64,000 nt of DNA, from NCBI GenBank assembly GCA_013265495.1, contig MU058153.1, positions 1,614,001 to 1,678,000 on the forward strand, given 5' to 3'. The position numbers and the translations under genes are program-made. Below are positions 39,246 to 52,060 of this stretch, one piece after another. The stretch is from Vicugna vicugna. Lineage: Eukaryota. The notes below the pieces were generated by a model. The model worked only from the letters and a program-made list of their open reading frames with translations. It had not been told where the DNA came from and did not search any database. The number at the start of each line of letters is the position of its first letter. Position 1 is the stretch's first letter.

Positions 39246-41250
39246 AGGAAGAGATTATGTCAACATGGAAAGCTTGGAGAGGCTATTTGAAACTGGTAAA
39301 AGGACTGCTGATGAACTTCAGATGTCTTTTTCCTGGGTTGTTCAAAGTTCTGTCTTTCTTGCCACAGTCCCTGGCCAGCTTGTGTATTTTAATTAACTAT
39401 TAGCTCCCCTGGGATATTCAGAAGTGAGCAGTTACTTTGGTAAATATCGTCAGTATAGAGCATCTGGTCTTCTAAGTTTAAAAGCCTCATGTTCAGGTTC
39501 TGTAGGATCGTTCAGTCTAGACAGAGGCAGACCTCTCTCCTGTGGTAATGGCAGGGGAGATTTAAACTCAAGAATGCATCCTGCTACTTAGCATTCGCAT
39601 GCTCTCCCAGACAATGACCTTTCATCAGAGTCTCAAGAACCCGCCTCAAAACCAAGCAAAAAGTCAGAGGCGGCTTGTTTCCAGGGATGGCACTGTTTTA
39701 CTTGTTTTCTTGATTATTCCATTCACATACTTGGGTGCCCATTAAGAGCGCTGAGGCTGCTTATCAGAAGAGAAGTGGGAATATGAACACTCATGAGTCA
39801 TTCAGAAGTATTTACTGTCCCAGGAAAGCCCAGAAGTCATCGAAGTTTAGAACCAAAGCTGAGAGTGATAAAAGATTATCCTGCCCAGAGAGAGAAAGGC
39901 ACCAAGGTCATAAAGAAACTAAGGTTGAAAATATTTTTGAAATAAAATTATGGAGCAGAAAATGTGGTGGAGAGGAAGAAAGGGTTTTTAAAAAAATTAT
40001 TATTATTTCTCGAGACTGCAGTAGGGTTGTATGACATCTTAATGTCCCTCAACTGTACAAGATTCTTGAGTAGCTCTGGGAATTGGGAAGTCTGCAATTT
40101 ACAACCTCTCTCCTCTGTTCTTATAAGCAATTTAACCAAGCTCCTGTTAGCCAGAGACACTTAAGCAACAGAAATCCTAGAGGAGATTTTTAAGCCCATA
40201 GTAAAGATAGTACAATCCTTCTGCATAAAAACAAAGGATTATTAATGCGCGCTGCTGGTGAAGTCTCATTTCACAACCGACGTAACTTTCTGTATTACAT
40301 CAGCCCACCAGCACTGGAATGAGCCAAGTCTGGGTGTCATTTATCACTAGGCATTTTGGGTGCACCAGCCATACAGCCAGCCCTCAGTCTGACCCTTCCG
40401 AAGCTCACCCCCTGTGAGCACAGAGGTTTTTATCTGTAGACATGCTGCTCTTCCTCAGGATTCAAATTTATTTTCCTGACATGGTTCACAGCTCCCGTCT
40501 CCAGGTGCTTGTCCTCTGGAGTGAGATCCTGCTTCCGCAATGCACTTCCCACAGCAGGTTGTACCCCTCTGGCAATTTGCAGCACTGGCTCCTTTTCAAC
40601 TCTTCAATCTCAGTTTACGACCCATTTACCTGAATAATTCGTAATCAACTGAGTCGCTGATGTTGCCTTTTGCTGAATCACCCAGGGATGTATGTCACGA
40701 GAAGATGCTGTTGAACGGCTATACTTTGTTTTGTTTTTGTTTTGTTTTATTTTTGCTTTGGTTACTTTTACAGACCTGAGAAAAATACAATCCTCCTCCT
40801 TTCCCGAATGAAACCCTATGTTGAAACAGGCAACATTATTTTACATTTGTCTTTCTTTTTTGTCTTTCTCTTTCTTTCTTTCTTCTTTCTCTCTTTTTAA
40901 AAATAAATCACCTTGAGGAAAGCTGCAGAATAATAACTGTGGAGAGGCAAGTCCTTTGCTCACACCTAGAATGGACCGTTAATTAGAGATTTTCCCCATC
41001 ATTATATTTCCCCTCTGTTCTCCAGACATTAGATCAGTGGTGCATCACAGTTATACGTTATATGTGAGGTCACACCAGTGTGGCTGTAAGTGCCAACATT
41101 ATTCAATGCATTCATTCCTCAACAAATGTTTATCAAGTGCCTACTATACCGTTGTAGTTATTTACCTACAGGTGCTGAGAATACAGAGTAAACAAGAAAG
41201 ACAGAGTTTTTGCCTCCTTGTATTTTATATTCCTTGGACTCCCATGGTAA

Positions 41251-41799
41251 TATTGAAAGCAATTCTTTTGCCCCTTTCCTGTTTGCCCATTTCTGTTTCC
41301 CTCTAACCTTGAAAGAACCTAATTATAGGAATGAAATCACGAGGCAATTTAACCTAACTCCTGACTTGTGCTCTCCTGAATGCACACCATGTCTTGACGA
41401 ACCTGTTGACTCTTTTCCTAGATAGAAGGAAGTACGAATGAAGAATTAAGTAAAGAACGACTAGCTCCCAACCCCCCAAAACCCCCTTTACAGTCCTGCA
41501 GCCAGATCAGGTGGGCAATATAACATCTGAAGGGAGAGTCAGTCAGTCTGCAAACAGTGGAGAATGGTGCAGAATCCAAGCTCCTGCCTCAGTGATTCAC
41601 TGAGATTCTTCCCCCTTTTTTCCCTTTAAAAAAAAAAAGAGTCATGACTAAGCAGACTCTTCAGAGTTGGCCTCAGGACAGGAGTCCACCTTCCCCCAGA
41701 TTGCTGGCTTTTCTGGAAAGCACCTTTCCTCTCTATTGACACTTGGCCTTTGATTATTGGCTTTTGAATAGCAAGCAGCTGGACCTGAATTCGGTAACA
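41251..41799 (+). mobile_element. ERV1-type solo LTR
   Basis: Ends gcagctggacctgaattcggtaaca, starts tattgaaag (TG mutated), 4-bp TSD gtaa at 41247-41250 and 41800-41803. Confidence 0.7.
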
Positions 41800-42631
41800 G
41801 TAAGGTGTCACTAAAAGATTGCAGGCTTTGAGATCAATGAACCTGAACTTAGTTTCCCCAAATACTAGCATTGTGATATTACAACATACAAGAAAGGATG
41901 GTACCAGTGGTTTTTACATGGCCTTTGGAAACAGCCAGCCAGTTTCTCTTTCTGACTTTTTGTGACCTTAACCAAATTATTTAACTTCTCTGAGTCTCAG
42001 GCGTTTTTCACTTGTACAGAGGTGGTATTGATATCATTTCCCATCCTAGACAATTGCAAGGCGAAGATCAAGGATAAGGATGAAGTTCATCATACCATTT
42101 GTCTAAGTGTTTAAGGCAAGTGAATATACGGTTAAATATAATGTGCTCCTTACTCTTACCTTGACATTATCATGGAAATCCCAATTTAAAATTTCATAAT
42201 CTTGAATTCCACAAAGTTTTGAACATGGAAATCTGGTGCTTGGTGTGCAGGTTCCAGCCTGTAGCTCATGCGTTCTTCTGTTCCCACTCCCAGCTCACTC
42301 TCTCACCGTAAGATGACCTCAGACACAAAGCATGTGAAAGCCTGAGCCCACCCAAGTTCCATCTACAGCCCCCCAAACAACTGTCCCCTGAGCACCCCCT
42401 GGCCTAAGGGTGCGTCTACCAGGGTCATAATCTGTTTGCAGGAAATGGGCCTTCAAGTGGTGCTCCTGCAGGCGCTGAAAGTTTGCTTGAAAAGAAGTTG
42501 AGAAATTCCATAATCTCAGGTACCCAGAGCATTACCTATGTTAGAAGATAAACACAGGCGTATTAAACATTTTAAGAGTTTATTTGAAAAAAATCAACTT
42601 AAATTGGACAGCATTCGACCTAGCAGATGGA

Positions 42632-42726
42632 GGGGGAAGGGCATAGCTCCTGGTAGAGTGTGTACTTAGCATGCACGAGGTCCTGGGTTCAATCCCTCGT
42701 ACCTCTATTTAAAAAATATTTAAAAA
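42632..42726 (+). mobile_element. tRNA-derived SINE (Vic-1-like)
   Basis: gggggaagggcatagctc..ggtagagtg..gaggtcctgggttcaatccc. TSD tcgacctagcagatgga (42615-42631) / tcaacctaacaaatgga (42727-42743). Confidence 0.88.
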
Positions 42727-43016
42727 TCAACCTAACAAATGGAAAGGAGTGCCAAGGAGCTGTACAAAATAAATAGAAGTTAGCAGAAGGGAGTGGGAAT
42801 AAGGAAGGTACATTGGCAAAATGCAGCTTGGTTATTGCAAACTTACTTTCTTTTAGGGAATGGAATGGGTCTATGGCAGAATACCTAATGAGTGCTGATC
42901 AGGTGAGTCCTGATTGACTAGTTATTTAAATTTCCATTTCTGGAAGAACTGAAGCTATAAGTTAATTCTTGTTTTGGTGTTATGGAGCTTAGTATAAGCA
43001 ACTCCATTTTGACCCT

Positions 43017-43420
<404 letters not shown>

Positions 43421-44299
43421 AACATCCAGGATTGAAAAAATATCTCTGGGTTCTAATACGCATGCTCTTTTTGGATCCTTGGACTCTTTTCCCATAAGAG
43501 TGGCATGGTAGGAGTAAGGCCACAGGGCCAGAGTGGAGCCTTGTTAATTGAGCGACTCTTAATAACTAAGGGGATTGTGAGTCTTAAATGAAATAACAAA
43601 AAGTTCTCAGTTCTGGGCTGGAATCATGGTAAATACTTTATAGGCTGGGGATTCAGGGTTCATGTGTATCAATAGTAGAATAATAAAAAATTTATCATCC
43701 TCAAAAAGATAATAACATATTTATAGCTTCCAACTCAGGGCCTGGTATTTAGAAAGACATTAAAAGATGTTTAAGCCACTTATTCTTCATAGGGCAATAA
43801 AAGGTTAGCTGATACCAGTGCCAAGGTCATTGGTGCACTCAGATTCCTAAGTTCTCAAAGCATCTCCTTCAGCTCTGGTGTCATGCCAAGCTCTGGATAT
43901 ATTTGAAGACAATTTCTCCTTTTTGAGAATATATATTTTTGGGACGGACAGATAGTTTTCCACTGAGAACAAGGGAGAAGACATCACTGTATTTACATCA
44001 ACACCAAGCTATCATGAAATTGCTCATCTTTTGATTTTAATTTCATGCCCCTACAGAGGTGCACTCATAAGAAAACTAGTTTATTCCACTTATCAAAATG
44101 AGATGAATGGGTGAGATTTAACAGCAGCAGCTTGATGAATGAATGAGCATATTTTTGTGACATTAACACAGTTAATATTCACTCTCTCTCCCCATGATCT
44201 CCTACGTCTCCCGATGGCTTGTGGCATAAGAAGAGGCATATTTTAATCCTTAAACAATTGTAAAAATAAATAAAATAAATGCATTTGAAGTACATAGGA

Positions 44300-44570
44300 A
44301 ACTATTTTACTAAAAGAAAAGAGGAAAAGAGGAACAAATATTCATGAGACATAGAGAAAATAAATAGCAAAATGGTACATATGTAGGGAAAGATTGAGTG
44401 ATTTTCCTCTAAACTCAGGACCAGGCAAGAGAGCTACTCTCTGCCCTTACTATTCAATATTGTCTTGCCAGTGCAATGAGGACAAGAAAAAAAAATCATG
44501 TATGTGAGGAAGAAGCAAAACTGTCTTTAATCTTTGAAAGTATGATTCTCTATGTAGAAAATCCTAGGAA

Positions 44571-44607
<37 letters not shown>

Positions 44608-45010
44608 CTCTCCTAGCTCTAACAAAGCAGTTCAACAAAGTCATTCAATAAAATACCAGTATGTTTCTATAAAACAAAAGTCACACCAAAAATTAAATTT
44701 AAAAAATTATGGCATTCACATTTGTACCAAAAAGTATGAAATACTTCACAGTAAAAGTAACAAAAATGTGAGATGTGCACTGAAATCTACAAAGCATTGC
44801 TGAAAGGCGTTAAGGATTTAAACAGGTAAAGAGACACTCTATGTTTATGGATTTGAATATTGACTATTATTAAGGTAACAATTCTCTCAGATCAGTGGTT
44901 GCCGGGGGCCAGTGTGGGAGTAGAGATTGAGTACAAGCGGACACATTCTTTATGGAATGATGGAAATATTCTAAACATAGGTCCTGGTGATGGTTGAACA
45001 GCTCTATATG
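44300..45010 (+). mobile_element. Old LINE-1 fragments with internal (CA)n at ~44574-44604
   Basis: ctctaaactcaggaccaggcaaga..ctattcaatattgt; ctatgtagaaaatcct; 3' UTR cagatcagtggttgcc...gatggaaatattcta. Confidence 0.65.
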
Positions 45011-46296
45011 TTGAGATTCATTTAGGTTAGAAAAGAACTTGAAGTTAACTCAATTGATCTCTTGCTTCCAAATCATATTGTAGAATGCTGTAAGATCACA
45101 TTTATTGTGGGGCTTCTATATGATATGAATTATGAATTTAAGTCATCAAATTCTCAAAATCTATGCCTCTGTTTTATTAGAGTATGATTCTAGACCCCGG
45201 AGAGGCTGAATGTGATGCCTAACATAATACGGCCAGTAAATGGTGAAGCCAATATATCAGCCTGGACCGTTGTAGCTTGAAAGTCTGCGTGTGTTTGTGT
45301 GTGCGTTTCCAATTATGTTTCTATGTGACGTATACATCAACAATGGTGCCGTACATTTGAAATGTACTCAGTTTTGATGGCTGCAGTTTATCTTGTCTTT
45401 GACCTAGTCGTGTTTTCTAAAACTTTTGGCCAACAAAGGAGAAGGTTTTCTTTCCTTAAATCAAACTCTTCATTTGGTACTTGTTTAAACTCCAGTTCAA
45501 AGAGTCTCAATGAACAGAGTCTGGACGTGGATTAATGGGCTGCAGATTCAGATATGAAGTCAGAGTTGAGATTATAATCTCAGATTCCACAGTTTCTAGC
45601 ACTGTGAATTTAGAAGCTTCTTCTAATCTTCTTAAAATCTCTGAATGTCGGTTTAAATTGATTTAAAAAAAACTAGAAAAATAACATATCTCACTTTGGA
45701 ATTGGTAAGAATTCGAGTCGGATGAGGATGGTAAACACTGTCCCTATGCAAACCCATTCGTATGGGTCTATTGTTTTCTTTTCTGCATTGGCTTACAAGG
45801 AAGCTCATGAGAAGCTCTGGTCCTCACATAACTTCACATAAGAAAGTACCTTTTAATTGTGAACTTCCTTCATTGGCTTTTCTTGAAATATAAGCAAACG
45901 TCTCCTTTTCAGCTGCTCTGATATTTTTAACTTTAATTATTACTGTAAATTCAGTGAATGAACTGCCTTGTCTACTCCCTTGTACTCCAGATTGTTCTCT
46001 CTCAACTTATAAAGTGACTCTTGATTAGATAGTCGATACACAGTCACTTGAAAGGGGCACAGTAATTGTGTTCACCTCTTCCTTGATGATTCAAGCATCT
46101 GATACATTTTCAAGAGACTAGAAGGAATATATCAAGGGACATGAAGTTCTAAATTTTAACCAGTAATTGTCATCTCTACTCACCCATACATGAACATATC
46201 CTCCTAAATCCTAGTGCATAGTCACCAGGGGTTGAAAAGGTTGTATCAAGCCACCATTTTAACCTCATCTTTCAAAGTAGGTCTCTGCAAGTTGAT

Positions 46297-46354
46297 CACT
46301 TCTCTGACATCTTCTTTCTCCTCACCACTTCTCTGACATCTTCTTTCTCCTCAC
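46297..46354. repeat. Perfect 29-bp tandem duplication
   Basis: cacttctctgacatcttctttctcctcac at 46297-46325 and 46326-46354. Confidence 0.95.
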
Positions 46355-46479
46355 CTTCCAGTGTTCAAGTCTTTTCTTGTTAATACAATTTATCTCCCCA
46401 GTTACAGAACATCACCAATCTCAATAGTTATTAGAAGAACTAATTTCCTTGCAAATGTATCACCTTTTTTTTTTTTTGG

Positions 46480-46800
46480 TTGACTTTAAATGGGGGAGCT
46501 ACACGGAGCCTCTAGCAGTTGCCCCTGAGAAGTTCACAGCATTGGTATTTGCTTTCTTCCTCCCGGCCAGTGGGAATACATCTCTCTCTGACTTCTGTCC
46601 TCAGAAAAGGAAATCTCTGCTTATAAGGGGTTTATTTGTTTGGATCGGGACCACTCAGACCATCTCTAGGAGTGTAAACTCTTTGAGAGACTTCAATTAC
46701 AACTGCAAAATCCTTCTGTGGCAGTACCTCAGTGAGTATTAGATTGAACAGAGGATGAGGATCTTTGAAGAGTCTTCTTTAGAATTCTGTGCTCCCCGCC
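46480..46800 (-). mobile_element. MaLR LTR fragment (MLT1-type)
   Basis: gacttcaattacaactgcaaaatcc...ctttagaattctg. Confidence 0.5.
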
Positions 46801-49800
46801 CCTCATCACCCACCTAACTTCCGCCCAACCCTCAAGGCTCATCTCAAGCTTCATCTGCTTGTTTCTTTCTCCAAATTCCTATTCTTTGCTATAAACTACT
46901 AGGTTGTGAATATTATTTACTTATTTATCTTAATATTTATCAGCATACACAAAATGTGCTTTTATTTGACTGGAAGTGTGTGACCCACTCAACTACCCAT
47001 CCACAATGGCAAACACACATACGTATACACATATACTCCCCCCATTTTGGTTTTGATGTACTTGAAGGTACAGAACATTTTTTCAAATTTTTCTTTTGCA
47101 TGAAACAAATTCTTTGACTCCTATATACTAAACACCCTGGTGAGAAGAACTCACAGTGTCTAAAATAGCATTAGACTTACAGGGTCATATGCTCATTTTT
47201 TCCTGAGACAGCAGAGGAGCTCAGAACTACCACTTAGGCTGAAAGCTCACTGTAATCTCCCCCTATTCACAAGCAGCAGAACTTGGAGCCACAATTGTAG
47301 GATATTAATGAAGCTCAGTCGTGAACTAAATTGGGTCAAAGACAATCAGCCAGCGCTTTCTAATGGTCTTTTTCCAAATATTGCCACAGATCCAAAACAT
47401 AAAGCATTTTACTTGGTAAGTGCACATTTAGAAGATGTCTGTGTAAAAACACTATCTTCTAAAGAGGTAGAGAGGGCCCATGCTCATTTTTACTTGTTCC
47501 TGAACTAAGACTTGAAATCTAATGCATTTACAAATTATTTCTTCACTTTGGAAGGGGAAGGAAGTTAGGATGAGGACACTTTTTTAGACAGAAATTTTTC
47601 AGTATTTTGGATTGTCAGAGTCCAGAAGCTGTCTCTTATGCCCAAATTGATATAATATGGAGACAGAAACAAATTTCCTTTCACAGTGAAGGCAAACATT
47701 TCCTAATACTCTCATCAGATTACATGATAGCAAAAACTAGGATTCAATATTTGATGCAGAATAAACATTTTTATACATGTGTATGGTTAAACATATGCAC
47801 ATAGAAGGTTCCCCCAATTTTAAATGTTCTGATTTCTCTTTTTTGAGAAGGTTAAATTATTTCAGCGCAGCTTTGGTTATGGAATAATGCCCGGCATTAC
47901 TGTGATTAAACTGGGTACATTAAAGTAAGTACTGATGAATTAAAAGCACAGTAGAATTCTTGGTGGGTGTGAACTGATGAGTAATCTTAACTAAAGGTAA
48001 AATGTGGCCATTATATTTGTACTATAAATAAAGCTTTGTATTATGAATCACAGAGATAAAGACAGTGTGTGGTGCAAAGACACATTCAAAGACTGATTCT
48101 AAGTGATCTAGGTACAGTTACTTCTTTCGGAAAAGAAGAAGAAGGAGAAAGAGAAGGAAAAAAATCAAACTGTCAGCATCTGATGACCTCAATTTAACTA
48201 AATATGAATGATTCACACATTTTTCAGTTGGTGATGCCTTATTATATAGTTCATGACTTGGATTTACACTATGATTTTGCTATAGCTAACATTCAAAAAT
48301 AAATGGATATTCAGTTTGATAGTCAATATAACCTGACATATTAGAAAAGTGCCCATTCCAGCCCAGTCATAGAGCAAATGTAAATTAGGAAAATACACAT
48401 CGACTAACTCCTTTTCTGGCAAATGTTGCATATTAACTAATTATTAGAAAATAAATTTACCATTTCTTGAGGTGAAGCATCTATTTGTGCAGATAAATAG
48501 AGGTAGTGTGCGGAAGATCAGTAACCACAGTTTATTATAAGCGACAACTTCATCATTGAGCTGTATTTTATTTTACTTTAATTGTTTGACATGAAGTAGC
48601 AGCCTGACAACTGATTCATAAAGCATCTGAGAGCATTAGTCAGAGAGAAATGAGCTTGTGGAGTGTCCTGCCCTGTGATCTGAGCATCCCGTGGAAGGAG
48701 GATGCTCACTGAATCCTTAGTATGTACACAAGTTTGGGATGCATTATGCAGAACAATCCTAAAATGTAAAAAGATTTGCTTCAAAATATTACATTTATTA
48801 ACCCATGTAATACTTCCAACAGCTTCAACAACGTTCGATAAAGAGGAAATTAAAGCTCAGTTAAGGACTCAAGTCTTCAAGTATCAAACATCAAGTAGGT
48901 AGTAAAAGACTCTTTGATTCCAAAGAGCTTGTGCCTTTCCATGTATCCCCAAGAGGCCTTCTTAAATGTTCTGAAGATAAAACCACAAGGGGGCTTGGCT
49001 TCCTCTTTTATTGTCTCAGTAAACCAAGACAGAAAAGAGAACAGTGTTTTTTTCATCCAAGGTCTCTATTTTCTTTTGATATCTGAATGAACTTTAGGAC
49101 ACCTGGACCACTCTGTGAGGTCTTCCCCCAGGAAGCATTTGTAATCACATAATCTGGGGGAAACAATTCTTGCAAGAATTCACATTGTGTACACTTGAAC
49201 TGATCTTTATATGCCATCGTGAGTCAAACTTCTAATAACTAAGTGTAATTGGGCCTTCTGCTAGTAAAAATATCAAGCTATACAAATCACATATTGTTTC
49301 CCAAACATACTATCTACTTTCCATTATATTTTACTCATATCCTGAAATTTTCTATCTTTTGTTTACTAATTCCATTCCCAGTTGTCTCCCAATCTTGTGT
49401 ACATTTACCTCCTCTTTGAATTCTTCAAATAAACTACCAGGTAAAATTAATCATATCATCTCTTGTGTTTCCTTAGCCCTTTGTATGTTTCTTGTAATGG
49501 TTATAACCCTGCGTTGTGAGCCGGTAATGCTAATATCTAACCATTTTTTTTTAGGACTCTTTGTCTGACCTAAACATTTCACAGGTTTGTTCATTTAAGC
49601 CTCACAAAAACCATATGAATCAGGTATTTTTATCATCCCACTTTTGCAGACACACCATGAGGTAAACCCATCTGAGTTCATCCAGCTCAGCCTTCTCATG
49701 TTTCCTGTTCTCGTATTATATCTTTTCCCACCCATTTACTTTCACTCTTCTTATTTTATATTTAAAGTTTATCACTTGCTGACAGCAGACAGTTGGGTTT

Positions 49801-51829
49801 TCCTTGTGGATCCATTCTGGATATCTCTGTCTTTTAATGGGAATGCTCATAAAAAACAGATGTTGTGTGTGCTCGTAAAAAACAGAGGTGCCACGTGAGC
49901 ACAGAAGCTAGAGAGGTGGGGGAAGCCATCACAAGAGAGAGAATATCGATTTCACCCTTGAAGACCAAACAAACAAGGCTGTATGTACATAATGGCTGTG
50001 GCATCACTGACAACCAAAATCACATGTGCAAAGACACAAAAGCCAGGCAGCATAAAAGTGTAGTGTCAAAGAGATCTTTGGTCCATGCATCTTTTTGGAG
50101 ACTTTCTATGGGAGCACTTTATATCCTTCCCTGAAGATTTTATACCAGAAGAACTGCAGGACCTATTTACCTGCTGGCAGAGCTGTGATTAATTGGGCCA
50201 GTATTTCACATGTTAGCAAAGTTAGATTCACCAAATCTCTCTTTTGAGGATTAGGACTAGGAAATATGGACACCAGTATTGGAAAATGGTGACACACCAA
50301 AAAGCATATTTGAGGAGGGGAAAAAAGAACTCCAGTTTCATGCAGTGGTTCTGTCTTCATTTACAGAGCACAGTATATTCCTTCCAACATCATTTCCATT
50401 CAGTAGCATGGCGCTATTTATTCCAGCCATATAGCTCCATTAGGTTTACTGCAGAGATGTTTTCAAGTTTCCTATGGTGCCTTTTTTGGCTACCCCTAGG
50501 AGGATAGTGAAAATGATAACCTACACAATCATGGCAAAGAGAGCGTGTGCAAATAAAAAAAAAAAAAGAAATCAACTCAGTCCTTTCCATTTTCTCTGTG
50601 CTATCTTCGTGTCATGTCATGAATATTTAATCATACCTCACTGATGCAAGGAAAGAGCAGGGTAATACGAGCTAAGATGAAAATGGATACTAACGTGATG
50701 GGAGATGATTATGTTTTTATGTGTTTTATAAAGTTCCATATACAGTTATGAAATTCCATAAACAATGTCAACGCTGGCTTGACATATTCAGTAACTGATA
50801 CTCCATTTGAGGCTGGGATTGACTGTTTTTATATTAGAGAGAAATAATACTAATCCAAAACAGTTTTAACAGGGATAGAAAACACTACAAATCAAAGTTG
50901 TGAAGAAATGATAGGCCTTTTTCTTTATACTTAAAAAAAAAAAAGTGAAGTGTGGAATTATAGCAGAGACTTGAATGGACCGTAATGAATCTCAGCAGCT
51001 GAAAAGCTGATTCAAAATAAATGGAGATAATTAACAGATTGGAGATCTGCAAGCAACAGGTAATTGGATTATCAACGGATAATTTGTTTCCATGGACGTT
51101 TCCACTATCTGCACATCTGCAATATTTCATTCTTGTCGTTTTGTTCTCTCAAAGAATGTCCTTAAAACTCAGTTATTCCCCCATATGAGCTCCGTAATTA
51201 AGTTATTTTGAGGAGACAGGCACTGCATTTTTATCCTCAAACAACGTCCAAAACCCTCATTTTAATTACAAATGACACTTTATTTCCGCTGCTTTGGTAC
51301 TGACCCTTGGAGAAGATTGAGGCTTTTTCATTCTCCAAAAAGCATAAATTCAAGTTTAGTAACTTTGATCTTTTAAAATATTGACCATTATTCTGAGTCT
51401 TTTTGCTTTTCACAGCAATTCAAATTTGAAACTTGAAAACTTCAAATGGAAAGTTTTTCTGTAACTTTGAATGTTAAAATTTACAACCAGAGCCTCCACG
51501 TTCCCTGTTTTGCTCTTTGTAGTCCTGTCAAGCTGATGATAAGAGTCAAATTTCTCTGTCCTGAGGAGTATGGGAGACCACTGCCCTTTGCTGGTGGGAA
51601 GAGAAATGGATGGTTTTCAACACTATCGTGAACATTTTGTGCAATTCATCTGAAGCATGTAGCAAAATTTCAAACACAGGAAGAGCACACAATAAAACCA
51701 AGACGACTAACCCCGTCCAGCCCAAAGTTACAGAAATGAGGAACAAGAATTTCATGAAGCGGCGTTATGTGTGACAGAGAGAAACACCATTCACGATTCT
51801 AAGCTTTGACTCCCAGACTCAAGTATGCC

Positions 51830-52060
51830 ATGAAGAGCATGCTCCGAAGCCAGACACTCTGGCTTCCTATCCAGACCCACTTTTATTAGCCTTATATTGT
51901 TGTGTAAATTACTAAACTTCTTTATTCTGTGTTTTCATCTTCGAGTGGGGAATAATCGTAATCCCAAAATGGTAGATTTGCAGAAATGATTAAAAAATAA
52001 TTAAGGTCTTTGAGAAGTCTCTCCTGGCACATGGTTATCACTGTATTAACATTTATTATT
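51830..52060 (+). mobile_element. MIR SINE
   Basis: gagcatgctccgaagccagacactctggcttc...cctggcacatggt..ttattatt. Confidence 0.6.

Noticed and set aside
42632..42710. tRNA-like sequences (also 11930-12002 and 32510-32581)
   Set aside because: They are SINE heads with tails and TSDs, not tRNA genes.
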